The translations under genes were made by a program, and so were the position numbers. Source: Candidatus Omnitrophota bacterium (GTDB taxonomy: Bacteria; Omnitrophota; Gorgyraeia; Duberdicusellales; Duberdicusellaceae). Taken from it: a stretch of DNA of 64,000 nucleotides. Location: NCBI GenBank assembly GCA_021163425.1, contig JAGGWS010000038.1, positions 10,418-74,417 on the forward strand, in the 5' to 3' direction. Below, piece by piece: positions 41,421 to 49,761 of the stretch; the first letter of the stretch is position 1; the number at the start of each line of letters is the position of its first letter. Under the pieces are notes generated by a model. That model worked only from the letters and a program-made list of their open reading frames with translations. It made no database searches and was not told the DNA's origin.

Positions 41421-42617
41421 CTATCTCTTCCTACCTGCTTCCCCAGCCTTATAGATAGCTACCTTAGTAGTAATAGGACCAACTATCTCAAAGATAATGG
41501 TAGTAGCAGCAATTACATTTATAACCAATAAAGACAAATCTTGGCCTGCTTCTCCTAAAGAAGAGAATTCTCTACTTACCAAAATTGCTAAACCTATTGC
41601 TACTCCAGCTTGAGAAAGTATTCCTAAGCCCAAGTATTTACGGATAACTTTCTCTGCTCCTGAAATTAAAGCCCCTAAGTAAGAACCTCCCATAAGCCCT
41701 AAGCTCCTGCAAATTATATAAATCAATCCTAACAAACCCATACTCTTTAAGAGGCTGATTTTTAAATAGGCGCCAGCAATAACAAAGAAAATAATGTAGA
41801 TAGGCAAAACAACTAAATTAATTGTATCTACTAACCTTCTATTTGTAAATGGAAAAAGATTGGAAAAAACCATGCCTAAAGTAAGATTAGAAAGTATTAA
41901 AGAAAAATGTAAAAAATTAGATAAGCCTGCACAAACAATAATTGTTCCCATAGAAACAGCTAAAAGATCTTCCTTTCTTCTTATCTTCTGAACAAAAAAG
42001 CCTAATCCCCCTCCTAAAACTCCTCCCAAAAATATTGCCCCTAAAATCTCTATTAAAGGACCTTTCATAAAAGAAAAAAGAGAAAAACTCTGATGAGTAA
42101 TAAGAAGTTTGGCTAAAGCTGAAGCTAAAGCATAGATAATAATGGCTAAACCATCATCTAAACCCACTACCGCATATAAAGCAGAAGTTAGAGGTCCTTT
42201 TGCTCTATATTCCTGAAGAACAACTGCTGTCCCTGCAGGAGCAGAAGCAGGAGCTAAAGCCCCAAATATTAAAGCTAAATAGAGTTTCTTAGTTAAAAGA
42301 TAGGCTCCTAAACCTACTAATAAAAATGCTCCCAGTGATTCAGAAAAGATAATGGTGATTATTTGTTTACCTACTTTTCTTAAAGAAGAAAGTTGAAGTT
42401 CACTGCCAATTATAAACGCTACTAAAGACAAAGCTAAATCATTAAAAACTACTAATTTCTCTAATAAAGAAGGACTCAATATATTGAAGAAGGAATGTCC
42501 TAATAAAAGTCCGCAAATAAGATAACCTACTACTCCGGGAAGCTTCAACCTGTTAGAAAACTTTCCAGATATAAACCCCAGAATAATAACTATTCCTACG
42601 AAAAATAAAGGCTCCAT
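41421..42617 (-). CDS. cation/proton antiporter (CPA family), tandem paralogue
   Basis: 398 aa, co-linear with 40211-41410 along its length. Confidence 0.7.
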   Translation of the reverse strand: MEPLFFVGIVIILGFISGKFSNRLKLPGVVGYLICGLLLGHSFFNILSPSLLEKLVVFNDLALSLVAFIIGSELQLSSLRKVGKQIITIIFSESLGAFLLVGLGAYLLTKKLYLALIFGALAPASAPAGTAVVLQEYRAKGPLTSALYAVVGLDDGLAIIIYALASALAKLLITHQSFSLFSFMKGPLIEILGAIFLGGVLGGGLGFFVQKIRRKEDLLAVSMGTIIVCAGLSNFLHFSLILSNLTLGMVFSNLFPFTNRRLVDTINLVVLPIYIIFFVIAGAYLKISLLKSMGLLGLIYIICRSLGLMGGSYLGALISGAEKVIRKYLGLGILSQAGVAIGLAILVSREFSSLGEAGQDLSLLVINVIAATTIIFEIVGPITTKVAIYKAGEAGRKR

Positions 42618-42718
42618 CTTATTTCTTACCTACAGGCATTATACAATAGATTTTCTCTCTTATCCCTAAAATTTTTTAACCTCTTCTTCAGAAAAGGCAG
42701 AAATCATTATAGTTCCTT

Positions 42719-42755
42719 AACTTGACACTTTATTTTCAAAACATTTTGTCAAGTT
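42719..42755. repeat. 37-bp palindromic intergenic element AACTTGACA-N19-TGTCAAGTT (reference copy)
   Basis: AACTTGACActttattttcaaaacatttTGTCAAGTT. The right arm supplies the TGA stop of the radical-SAM gene. Related copies are listed as separate features. Confidence 0.7.
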
Positions 42756-43753
42756 AGCCAGCATAAGGGGTCAGAAGCCAGATAATCCCCTTTTAAGGCA
42801 TAACTTAAAGCCCTGCATCCTGAACATCCTTGAACATTACAATTTCCACACTTACCTTTAAGGTTTCTTCTCTCTCTAAGAAGGTTTAAAACCGGAGAAC
42901 TCTCCCAGATTTTAGAAAGCCTATCTTTAAGAAGATTACCAATTTCTAAAGGAAATCTTCGACAGGGAAAGACTCCAGCCCCCGGCATTAAAGCACAGCC
43001 AAATTTACCTACCACACATTCTGCTCCAAATAATTCCTCCTGGAAATTTTTAAATTCTACTTTTAAAGCAGGAAATTTGACTGCTTCCTCAAAGAAATCC
43101 ACCCCTACTTTAGAAAATATTCTCTGATACACGCTTTTAAGTTCCAAAGGAGAAATCATCTGAGTATCTTTAATCTTCAAAGAATTCCCTAAAGGAATAA
43201 ATCTCTCTAAGATAACCCCCTTTATACCTAAGTCTTTAGAGAAATCCACCAGATAGTCTACTTCCTTTAAGTTTTTCTTAAGGAGAGTAAACATTAAAAT
43301 TAAGTTAAAACCTTCTCTCTGTAAAATTTTCACATTCTTTAAAACCTTATTAAACACCCCTTCTCCCCGGAAATAGTCATTAACCTCAGGAGTTACTCCT
43401 TCTAAGGAGAAAAAAATTGTATCTATCTTATCTTTAACCTTCCTCAAAGGGCCTATAAATCTATCTACGAGAGTTAAATTAGTAATTATATTTAAAGAAG
43501 ATAAAACTTCTGAAGAAGAAAGATAATCTATAAGTTTAAATAATTCTTTCTTCAAAAAAGGCTCTCCGCCAGTAAGAGAAAGACTTAAACTACTTCCCCA
43601 TAATTTCATAGTCTCTATTAAATTATCAGCCACCATTTTAAGATCCTGCCAGTTTAATTCTCTCTTTTGAGAAAAATCATCCTGATAACAATGTTTACAG
43701 AGTAAATTACAATTATCGGTTATATGCCACTGAATATGAAAGTCTTTCTCCAT
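42749..43753 (-). CDS. radical SAM enzyme with C-terminal SPASM/twitch Fe-S domain
   Basis: CNLLCKHC (CxxxCxxC) radical-SAM motif near the N-terminus. C-terminal Cys cluster CGNCNVQGCSGC... typical of SPASM maturases. Confidence 0.75.
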   Translation of the reverse strand: MEKDFHIQWHITDNCNLLCKHCYQDDFSQKRELNWQDLKMVADNLIETMKLWGSSLSLSLTGGEPFLKKELFKLIDYLSSSEVLSSLNIITNLTLVDRFIGPLRKVKDKIDTIFFSLEGVTPEVNDYFRGEGVFNKVLKNVKILQREGFNLILMFTLLKKNLKEVDYLVDFSKDLGIKGVILERFIPLGNSLKIKDTQMISPLELKSVYQRIFSKVGVDFFEEAVKFPALKVEFKNFQEELFGAECVVGKFGCALMPGAGVFPCRRFPLEIGNLLKDRLSKIWESSPVLNLLRERRNLKGKCGNCNVQGCSGCRALSYALKGDYLASDPLCWLT

Positions 43754-43810
43754 TATTCGGAAAACTTCCTGTATCGGAAAAATCTTTTTTGTTGGGGTTA
43801 ATTTAACAAG

Positions 43811-46081
43811 TTAATGCTCAACCTGAGAAAAACCTAAGAACCCCAAACTCATTACTTTTAAAATAATTATTAACAAGAGAGTACTCTTTAAACCTAAGAG
43901 AGGGAAAAAAATCACTCCTCCTAATATCCCTCCTAAAAACCCTCCTAAAAGGTCAGCTGAGTAAAGAAAGCCTGCTGAATACCCTAAGTTAACTATACTG
44001 TATTTATCCTGGTATAATTTATTGGCTAAAGGAAATTCTGCTCCGATAAGAAGACCAGAAAAAAAACAAATTCCCAAATATAGACCCTTGAGAATAAAAA
44101 AACTTTGCGACTTTTCTAAATAAGGATAAAGATAATTAAAGAAGAAAATTAAAAATAAAGAATAGGTAATTATTAAAAATTCAAGGAATAAGAAAAATAA
44201 AAAAACTTTCCTGAGTTTAGTTAAAGAAAGAGAAGAAGTTAACCCTCCTGCAGCTAAACCAGCCATAAACAGAGAGACCAACACGCCTATCCAGTAATAG
44301 AGATAACCGTAAAGAACCTGAAAAGAAAAGATTAAGATTAAACTGAAAACCATCCCGGCTAAACCACTACTAAAAATAGAATAAAAAATACTGAAACTAA
44401 AGTTAGGTTTAAATTTAAAAAAGAGTAAAGTCAGAATAAAAAGTGAGGATAAGAATATAGAGATTTTCTTCAAATTCAACCCTTTAAGTTTAAATAAAAT
44501 CTTATTAACTTGCGAAGAAAAAGAAGAACCAAAATAACTTAAGCCGTAAAAAAGACCCAGAGGTTTAAAATCCTTATTGACATCTTTTGTTCCTACCTGT
44601 AACTGCTGAGTAATCCAATCTTCCCAGTAAGAAGAGAGCCGGTATTTAATATGGCCACAGCTTAAGAGAAGGGTCTTTATTTTTCTCTCTTTAAATCTTT
44701 CAATTAAAATATCTGAACTTACAAAACTTTGCTGAGAAGCTAAAAAGATATTATAACCATCAGAAGCGATTATCTTCACAAAAGGAAAGACTTTCTGGAG
44801 AGTAGAAAATATACAGGAATTTAAATCTTTTAACTCCTTACTCAAATAAGTCAAAGACCCAGGAAGCTTAAATACCAAAATCCCTCCCTTTCTTAACTTA
44901 GAACTACTGATTTTAAAAAACTCTTCAGTAAAAAGACGATCAGATTGTAAATCTAAAGGAATACCCACTCCTAACCAGATTAAATCATATTTTTTCCTGG
45001 TAGTCTTTAAGTAAAGCCTTCCATCAAGATTTTTAAGAAAAACTTTTTTATTTTTAAGCTCATCCTTAATAAGGGAGAAAAGTTTTTTTTCAGCTACTTC
45101 AAAAATAAGAGGGTCAAGTTCAGCATAATCTACTCTTTTAATCTGAGGATACTTTAAAACCTCCCTTATAAACCCGCCCAAACCTCCACTTATAATAAGG
45201 ACATCTCGGGGGTAAGGATGAAAAAGTAAAGGAAAATGCACAAGTTCTTCTATTTGAACGATATCAGAATAAGGCAGAGAAAATAAATTAACTCCATTAT
45301 AAAAAAGGTTAAATTGAGTTTTATATTGAGTAAGACAGATATTTCCGTAGATAGAATTTTTATAGTAAATAATTTTTTGATAAGGCCATTGCTTTCTTAA
45401 AGAGAATTGCTTCAAGGCTTCAACTTGGACAAGAGAAAAAGAAAAAATCAAGAAAAAAATAAAAGTTAAAAACTGCAAGAAACTAAAAGAAAAACTTTTC
45501 TCTTTAAACTTTAAGAAGAAAAAACATAAAATCATATTGACCAAACCCAAGAAAAGAGAAATCTGGAAAGAACCCCAGTAAGGAAGAAGTAAATAAGTAA
45601 GGATAAACCCTCCTAAAATTGTTCCCGAAGTTTCTAAAAAATAAACTTTGCCCAGAGTTGCATCTTCTTTAAAAAATCTTGAATATAATCTACAACTCAG
45701 AGAAAATAAGGCTCCATGAGGAAGACTTACCGGAATAAGAATTAAGAGAGAACTTAAGAAAGCTTTTTCTACTGTTATTGCTTCTGAAGGAAGAACCCCT
45801 ATTAAAAGCTTTAAATCCCTTACTAAGAAGATAGCTAAAGGAAAAGAAAGAGAAAAAATAAAGGTAAATACTACAAAATTTAAAACTTCCTTTTTTTTAG
45901 AAAAAAGCCTTCCTCCTAAGAAACTTCCCAAAGCCTCCAGGATAAGCCAGTTAGAAAGGATTATGCCGATAGTTAATTCATTACCTAAAAAAACTATAAG
46001 AAATTCCCTTAAGATAAGGATTTGGGCTAAAATCCCTCCTAAACCAGTAATCAAAATTACTATATTAAGTCTCTTTTTCAT
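43811..46081 (-). CDS. polytopic membrane protein fused to a spermidine-synthase-like (PABS) SAM-dependent aminopropyl/methyl-transferase domain
   Basis: About 7 N-terminal transmembrane helices, a central soluble domain with PABS-like motifs (VLIISGGLGG..., YAELDP.., NLDGRLYL, YDLIWLG) and further C-terminal transmembrane helices. 756 aa. Confidence 0.65.
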   Translation of the reverse strand: MKKRLNIVILITGLGGILAQILILREFLIVFLGNELTIGIILSNWLILEALGSFLGGRLFSKKKEVLNFVVFTFIFSLSFPLAIFLVRDLKLLIGVLPSEAITVEKAFLSSLLILIPVSLPHGALFSLSCRLYSRFFKEDATLGKVYFLETSGTILGGFILTYLLLPYWGSFQISLFLGLVNMILCFFFLKFKEKSFSFSFLQFLTFIFFLIFSFSLVQVEALKQFSLRKQWPYQKIIYYKNSIYGNICLTQYKTQFNLFYNGVNLFSLPYSDIVQIEELVHFPLLFHPYPRDVLIISGGLGGFIREVLKYPQIKRVDYAELDPLIFEVAEKKLFSLIKDELKNKKVFLKNLDGRLYLKTTRKKYDLIWLGVGIPLDLQSDRLFTEEFFKISSSKLRKGGILVFKLPGSLTYLSKELKDLNSCIFSTLQKVFPFVKIIASDGYNIFLASQQSFVSSDILIERFKERKIKTLLLSCGHIKYRLSSYWEDWITQQLQVGTKDVNKDFKPLGLFYGLSYFGSSFSSQVNKILFKLKGLNLKKISIFLSSLFILTLLFFKFKPNFSFSIFYSIFSSGLAGMVFSLILIFSFQVLYGYLYYWIGVLVSLFMAGLAAGGLTSSLSLTKLRKVFLFFLFLEFLIITYSLFLIFFFNYLYPYLEKSQSFFILKGLYLGICFFSGLLIGAEFPLANKLYQDKYSIVNLGYSAGFLYSADLLGGFLGGILGGVIFFPLLGLKSTLLLIIILKVMSLGFLGFSQVEH

Positions 46082-46130
46082 CAGGAGAAAGAATTCAGTT
46101 TTGAGCTGAAATATTAAATAAGATAATTTC

Positions 46131-47159
46131 TCATAAAATTAACATTGCGTCTCCAAAGCTGTAAAATCTGAACTTATTCTTAATAGCATAATCATAGGCT
46201 TGAAATAGAAATTCTTTTCCAGCGAAAGCTGATACTAACAGAAGATTTGTAGATTTAGGAAGATGGAAATTGGTAATTAAAGAATCTATAATCTTAAATT
46301 TAAATCCGGGATAGATAAATAAGTCAGTAAATCCTGAAAAAGGTTTAATCTGGGCTAACTCCTCTTTTAAAAAAGCAATTGATTCTAAAGCCCTAACTGT
46401 ACTTGTCCCGCAGGCAAAGATTCTCTTTTTCTCTCTTTTAGCTAAATTTATAATTTGAACAGCTTCCGGAGAAACCTCAATGTATTCCTCATCCATTTTA
46501 TGAGCTTCAACTTCTTCAACTTTTACCGGGCGAAATGTTCCTAATCCGATATGAAGACAAATATAAACTATCTTTATTCCTAAAGAAGATAATTCTGACA
46601 AAAGCTGAGGAGTAAAATGTAAACCGGCAGTAGGAGAAGCTACTGCACCTTCCTTTTTAGCAAAAACAGTCTGGTATCTTTGAGGTTCTTTCAATTCTTT
46701 CTTTATATAGGGAGGAATAGGAATCAAGCCCTGTTTAGAAATTAAATCTTTAATTTCTAAAGGGAAAAACTCTACTAACCACTTACCTTCAGGGCTTCTT
46801 TCTAAAACTTTGACCTTAAAACTATTATTCTTAAAAAATAGTTCTTCATAAAGCCTTATTCTCCGGGCAGGCCTTATCAAGGCTTGCCACTTACCCCTGG
46901 AAATCTCTCTTAAAAGAAGAATTTCTATCTTTGCTCCAGTCTTTCTCTGAACAAAAAGCCGGGCAGGAAATACCTTAGTATTATTTAAAACTAAAACATC
47001 TCCTTTATTGAAAAATCTAACTATATCTTTAAAAACAGTTTCAGTAATATTACCTGAATCTCTATGGAGAATAAGAAGCCGGGAAGAATCTCTCTGAGAA
47101 AGGGGCTCCTGGGCTATAAGTTGAGAGGGAAGATAATAATCAAAATCTTTTATTTCCAC
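46131..47159 (-). CDS. queA: S-adenosylmethionine:tRNA ribosyltransferase-isomerase
   Basis: MEIKDFDYYLPSQLIAQEP N-terminus and QueA length. Confidence 0.85.
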   Translation of the reverse strand: MEIKDFDYYLPSQLIAQEPLSQRDSSRLLILHRDSGNITETVFKDIVRFFNKGDVLVLNNTKVFPARLFVQRKTGAKIEILLLREISRGKWQALIRPARRIRLYEELFFKNNSFKVKVLERSPEGKWLVEFFPLEIKDLISKQGLIPIPPYIKKELKEPQRYQTVFAKKEGAVASPTAGLHFTPQLLSELSSLGIKIVYICLHIGLGTFRPVKVEEVEAHKMDEEYIEVSPEAVQIINLAKREKKRIFACGTSTVRALESIAFLKEELAQIKPFSGFTDLFIYPGFKFKIIDSLITNFHLPKSTNLLLVSAFAGKEFLFQAYDYAIKNKFRFYSFGDAMLIL

Positions 47160-47223
47160 TAAATTCTCCCTTAGTCCTCACTGCTCAGGATTAAACCTGC
47201 AATTCCTCAAAGATTTTAAAACC

Positions 47224-47637
47224 TCATTCTCCAATAATTTTTACTAAAACTCTCTTGGGGCGTTGGCCATCGAATTCTCCATAAAAAACCTGCTCCCACG
47301 GACCAAAATCAAGTTTACCTCCAGTTATAGCAATTACCACCTCTCTACCCATAATTGTCCGTTTAAGATGAGCAGGGGCATTATCTTCTCCGGATAAGTT
47401 GTGTTTGTATCTCTTTCCCGAAGGAACGAGCTCCTCAAGCCACCTTTTAAAATCTTCCTTTAAGCCTTCTTCTTCATCATTAATAAAAACAGAAGAAGTA
47501 ATATGCATAGCATTAACTAAACACAAACCCTCTTTTACTTTACTTTTTTCTACTAACTCTTCTATCTGGGAGGTTATATTTATAAACTCAACCTTACTCT
47601 TAGTATTAAACCATAGATATTCAGTAAATGACCTCAT
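47224..47637 (-). CDS. yjbQ: YjbQ/UPF0047 family (secondary thiamine-phosphate synthase-like)
   Basis: 137 aa with the conserved YjbQ fold signature (...HITSS..INDEE...). Confidence 0.7.
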   Translation of the reverse strand: MRSFTEYLWFNTKSKVEFINITSQIEELVEKSKVKEGLCLVNAMHITSSVFINDEEEGLKEDFKRWLEELVPSGKRYKHNLSGEDNAPAHLKRTIMGREVVIAITGGKLDFGPWEQVFYGEFDGQRPKRVLVKIIGE

Positions 47638-47804
47638 ACCCCCCCTTCTTAGAAACTAATTTTATCACAAAGCCTAAAATCTGTAAAAGGAGATTCCTAT
47701 CTTGGTTATTATATCTTGACTATTGTATCTTGGTTATTAGTTATAGTTACACCGCCAGGTCTAATTAAACTTATTCATTGGAAATTGGAAATTTACATAG
47801 CTGT

Positions 47805-47841
47805 AACTTGACATTTTACTTTCGAAGTATTTTGTCAAGTT
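47805..47841. repeat. palindromic element copy (plus orientation, variant spacer) with AAATTTACATAGCT 5' extension
   Basis: AACTTGACAttttactttcgaagtatttTGTCAAGTT, preceded by GGAAATTGGAAATTTACATAGCTGT and followed by a short octamer array. Confidence 0.65.
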
Positions 47842-47878
47842 TACACGTTTTAACGTTTATATGTTTTCACGTTTCTAT
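47842..47878. repeat. short YACGTTYW octamer array (about 4 units)
   Basis: tacacgtt ttaacgtt tatatgtt ttcacgtt tc, directly abutting the palindromic element. Confidence 0.5.
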
Positions 47879-47887
47879 AACTTTAAA

Positions 47888-48838
47888 CTATCTTTTTCTA
47901 AACAAAGCCAAGAAAAACCCCTCCATAACTTCTGTGGGAAGAATCCTCTTGGTAAACTTCAAGCTCTGAGAAAAACTCTTATTTCTCCATTTAGTTAAGC
48001 CGTTTTGATAATTGGGAATAGGCAAATTTATCTCTTCTAAATAAACCTGGGGCTTAAACTTCTCTAAAGTCCAGTTTACTACTTCTTCGTTCTCTTCAGG
48101 AGAAAAAGTACAGGTAGAATATAAAAGCGAACCTCCCTTTTTTAAAGACTCAATCCCCGAAAAAAGTAAGCGTCTCTGTTTGTACTGAGCTTCTTTAATT
48201 TTCCTATAAGACCAATAAGAAAAAGTTTTCCAATCACTAACTAAAAAGTTAGCCTCTGAAGAACAGGGAGCATCTAATAAAACTTTATCAAAATACTGAG
48301 GATACTTTCTATAGATTAAGGCCCCTTCTCCCAGATAAATCTTAAGAAGTCTTTCCTGAGCCTGTTTTCTTAGATTAGCCAGAAGTTTATAATAGCGGGG
48401 CTTTATCTTTTCTACAGCTAAAACTTCAGCCTTTCCTTGAGTATCAGAGATTATTTGAGTAGTCTTTCCTCCAGGAGCTGAACACAAATCTAATATCTTA
48501 TCCTGTGGCTCAGGAGATAAAACCCAGACTGCCAATATACTGGAAAGATTTTGAAAATAAACCCAACCTTCCCGGTAAAAAATCTTCTCCTCAAACTCTC
48601 TTTGAGAAGGTTTAATAAGAACAAAACCTCCTTTATACCAGCTTACCTCTTTAAATTTTATATTTTGCTTCTTTAATTCTCCTGCAAGTATCTCATAACT
48701 TACTTTTATCTTGTTTATCCGAAAAGTAGGTAGCTTGGGGGTTAAAAAAGAATTCAGGATAGAAAAGTATTTATGAGGATAAATCTCTTTTATCCTTTCT
48801 CTAAACTCAGAAGGAAGTCTGTAAATAAGTTTATCCAT
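47888..48838 (-). CDS. NOL1/NOP2/Sun-family RNA cytosine-C5 methyltransferase (RsmB/RsmF-like)
   Basis: SAM-binding motif LDLCSAPGGKT and catalytic motifs DAPCSSEA (motif IV) and YSTCT (motif VI). Confidence 0.75.
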   Translation of the reverse strand: MDKLIYRLPSEFRERIKEIYPHKYFSILNSFLTPKLPTFRINKIKVSYEILAGELKKQNIKFKEVSWYKGGFVLIKPSQREFEEKIFYREGWVYFQNLSSILAVWVLSPEPQDKILDLCSAPGGKTTQIISDTQGKAEVLAVEKIKPRYYKLLANLRKQAQERLLKIYLGEGALIYRKYPQYFDKVLLDAPCSSEANFLVSDWKTFSYWSYRKIKEAQYKQRRLLFSGIESLKKGGSLLYSTCTFSPEENEEVVNWTLEKFKPQVYLEEINLPIPNYQNGLTKWRNKSFSQSLKFTKRILPTEVMEGFFLALFRKR

Positions 48839-49751
48839 AAGGATGAGAAAAGCCCCTTCCTAAACCCCTCTTTAAAGCATAATCTACTACCTCTTTATAT
48901 TCCTTAAGAGTTATTTTTCGAGAAAGTTCAGAGAAATTATAAGCCTTATAACAAGGCCAGTATTGGTCCATTATATTCAGGTAAGTATTTTTAGAAATCT
49001 TTTCAGCAATAAAATCTATAACTTTAAAAGAGCCTGAAATATTATTAGGAAGAACTAAATGCCTTATAATCAAACCTCTCTGAGCAACTCCCTGGCTATC
49101 TATTACTAAATCCCCCACCTGTCTATGCATCTCTAAAACTGCTTCTTGACAAACTTCCCAATAATCCTCTACTAAAGAATATTTTTTAGCAAGTTTATTA
49201 TCCGAATATTTCATATCAGGCATATATATATCAAAAACTCCTTCCACAATCTTTAAAACTTGTTTAGAATCATAACCTCCGCTATTATAGACCAAGGGAA
49301 GCCTTAAGCCTTTATTGCGAGCAATAACTAAGGCTTCAATTATCTGGGGTAAAATATGGGTAGGGCTAACCAGGTTCATGTTGTGAGCTCCCTGACTTTG
49401 AAGATAGAGCATAATCTTAGCCAATCTCTCAGAATCCATCTCTTCTCCTTCTCCTAACTGAGAAATAGTGTAATTCTGACAATACTGACAGGCTAAATTA
49501 CAAAAAGAAAAAAATATTGCACCTGACCCTCCCCTTCCTACAAGTTCAGGTTCTTCTCCAAAATGAAGGTTAAAACTGGAAACCAGAGCAGATTTTCCTG
49601 TCCGGCAAAAGCCTTTCTCTCCTCTGAGCCTGTTCACCTTACAGCTGCGAGGACAAATTACACATTCTCCAAGAAGTTCTAAGAGACTATCTTTAATCTT
49701 TTCTAAGGAGGCTGAAGATAACTGGAGGTAAGAAGGGGTAAAATTTTCCAT
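48831..49751 (-). CDS. radical SAM protein, PflX-like (putative glycyl-radical activating-type enzyme)
   Basis: CNLACQYCQN radical-SAM motif preceded by a CPRSC...C cluster. About 300 aa, as in the PflX/YjjW family. Confidence 0.6.
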   Translation of the reverse strand: MENFTPSYLQLSSASLEKIKDSLLELLGECVICPRSCKVNRLRGEKGFCRTGKSALVSSFNLHFGEEPELVGRGGSGAIFFSFCNLACQYCQNYTISQLGEGEEMDSERLAKIMLYLQSQGAHNMNLVSPTHILPQIIEALVIARNKGLRLPLVYNSGGYDSKQVLKIVEGVFDIYMPDMKYSDNKLAKKYSLVEDYWEVCQEAVLEMHRQVGDLVIDSQGVAQRGLIIRHLVLPNNISGSFKVIDFIAEKISKNTYLNIMDQYWPCYKAYNFSELSRKITLKEYKEVVDYALKRGLGRGFSHPYG

Positions 49752-49761
49752 ATTTAGATTG

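Noticed and set aside
42719-42755. Palindromic elements as plain sigma70 promoters (TTGACA on both arms)
   Set aside because: No TATAAT-like hexamer lies 16-18 nt downstream of either TTGACA in any copy. In one copy (24155-24191) the next start codon is only 11 nt away, and in another (58668-58695) only about 27 nt. They may overlap promoters but are not promoters by themselves.
42719-42755. Palindromic elements as rho-independent terminators
   Set aside because: A 9-bp stem with a 19-nt loop and no downstream U-tract in either orientation does not fit an intrinsic terminator.
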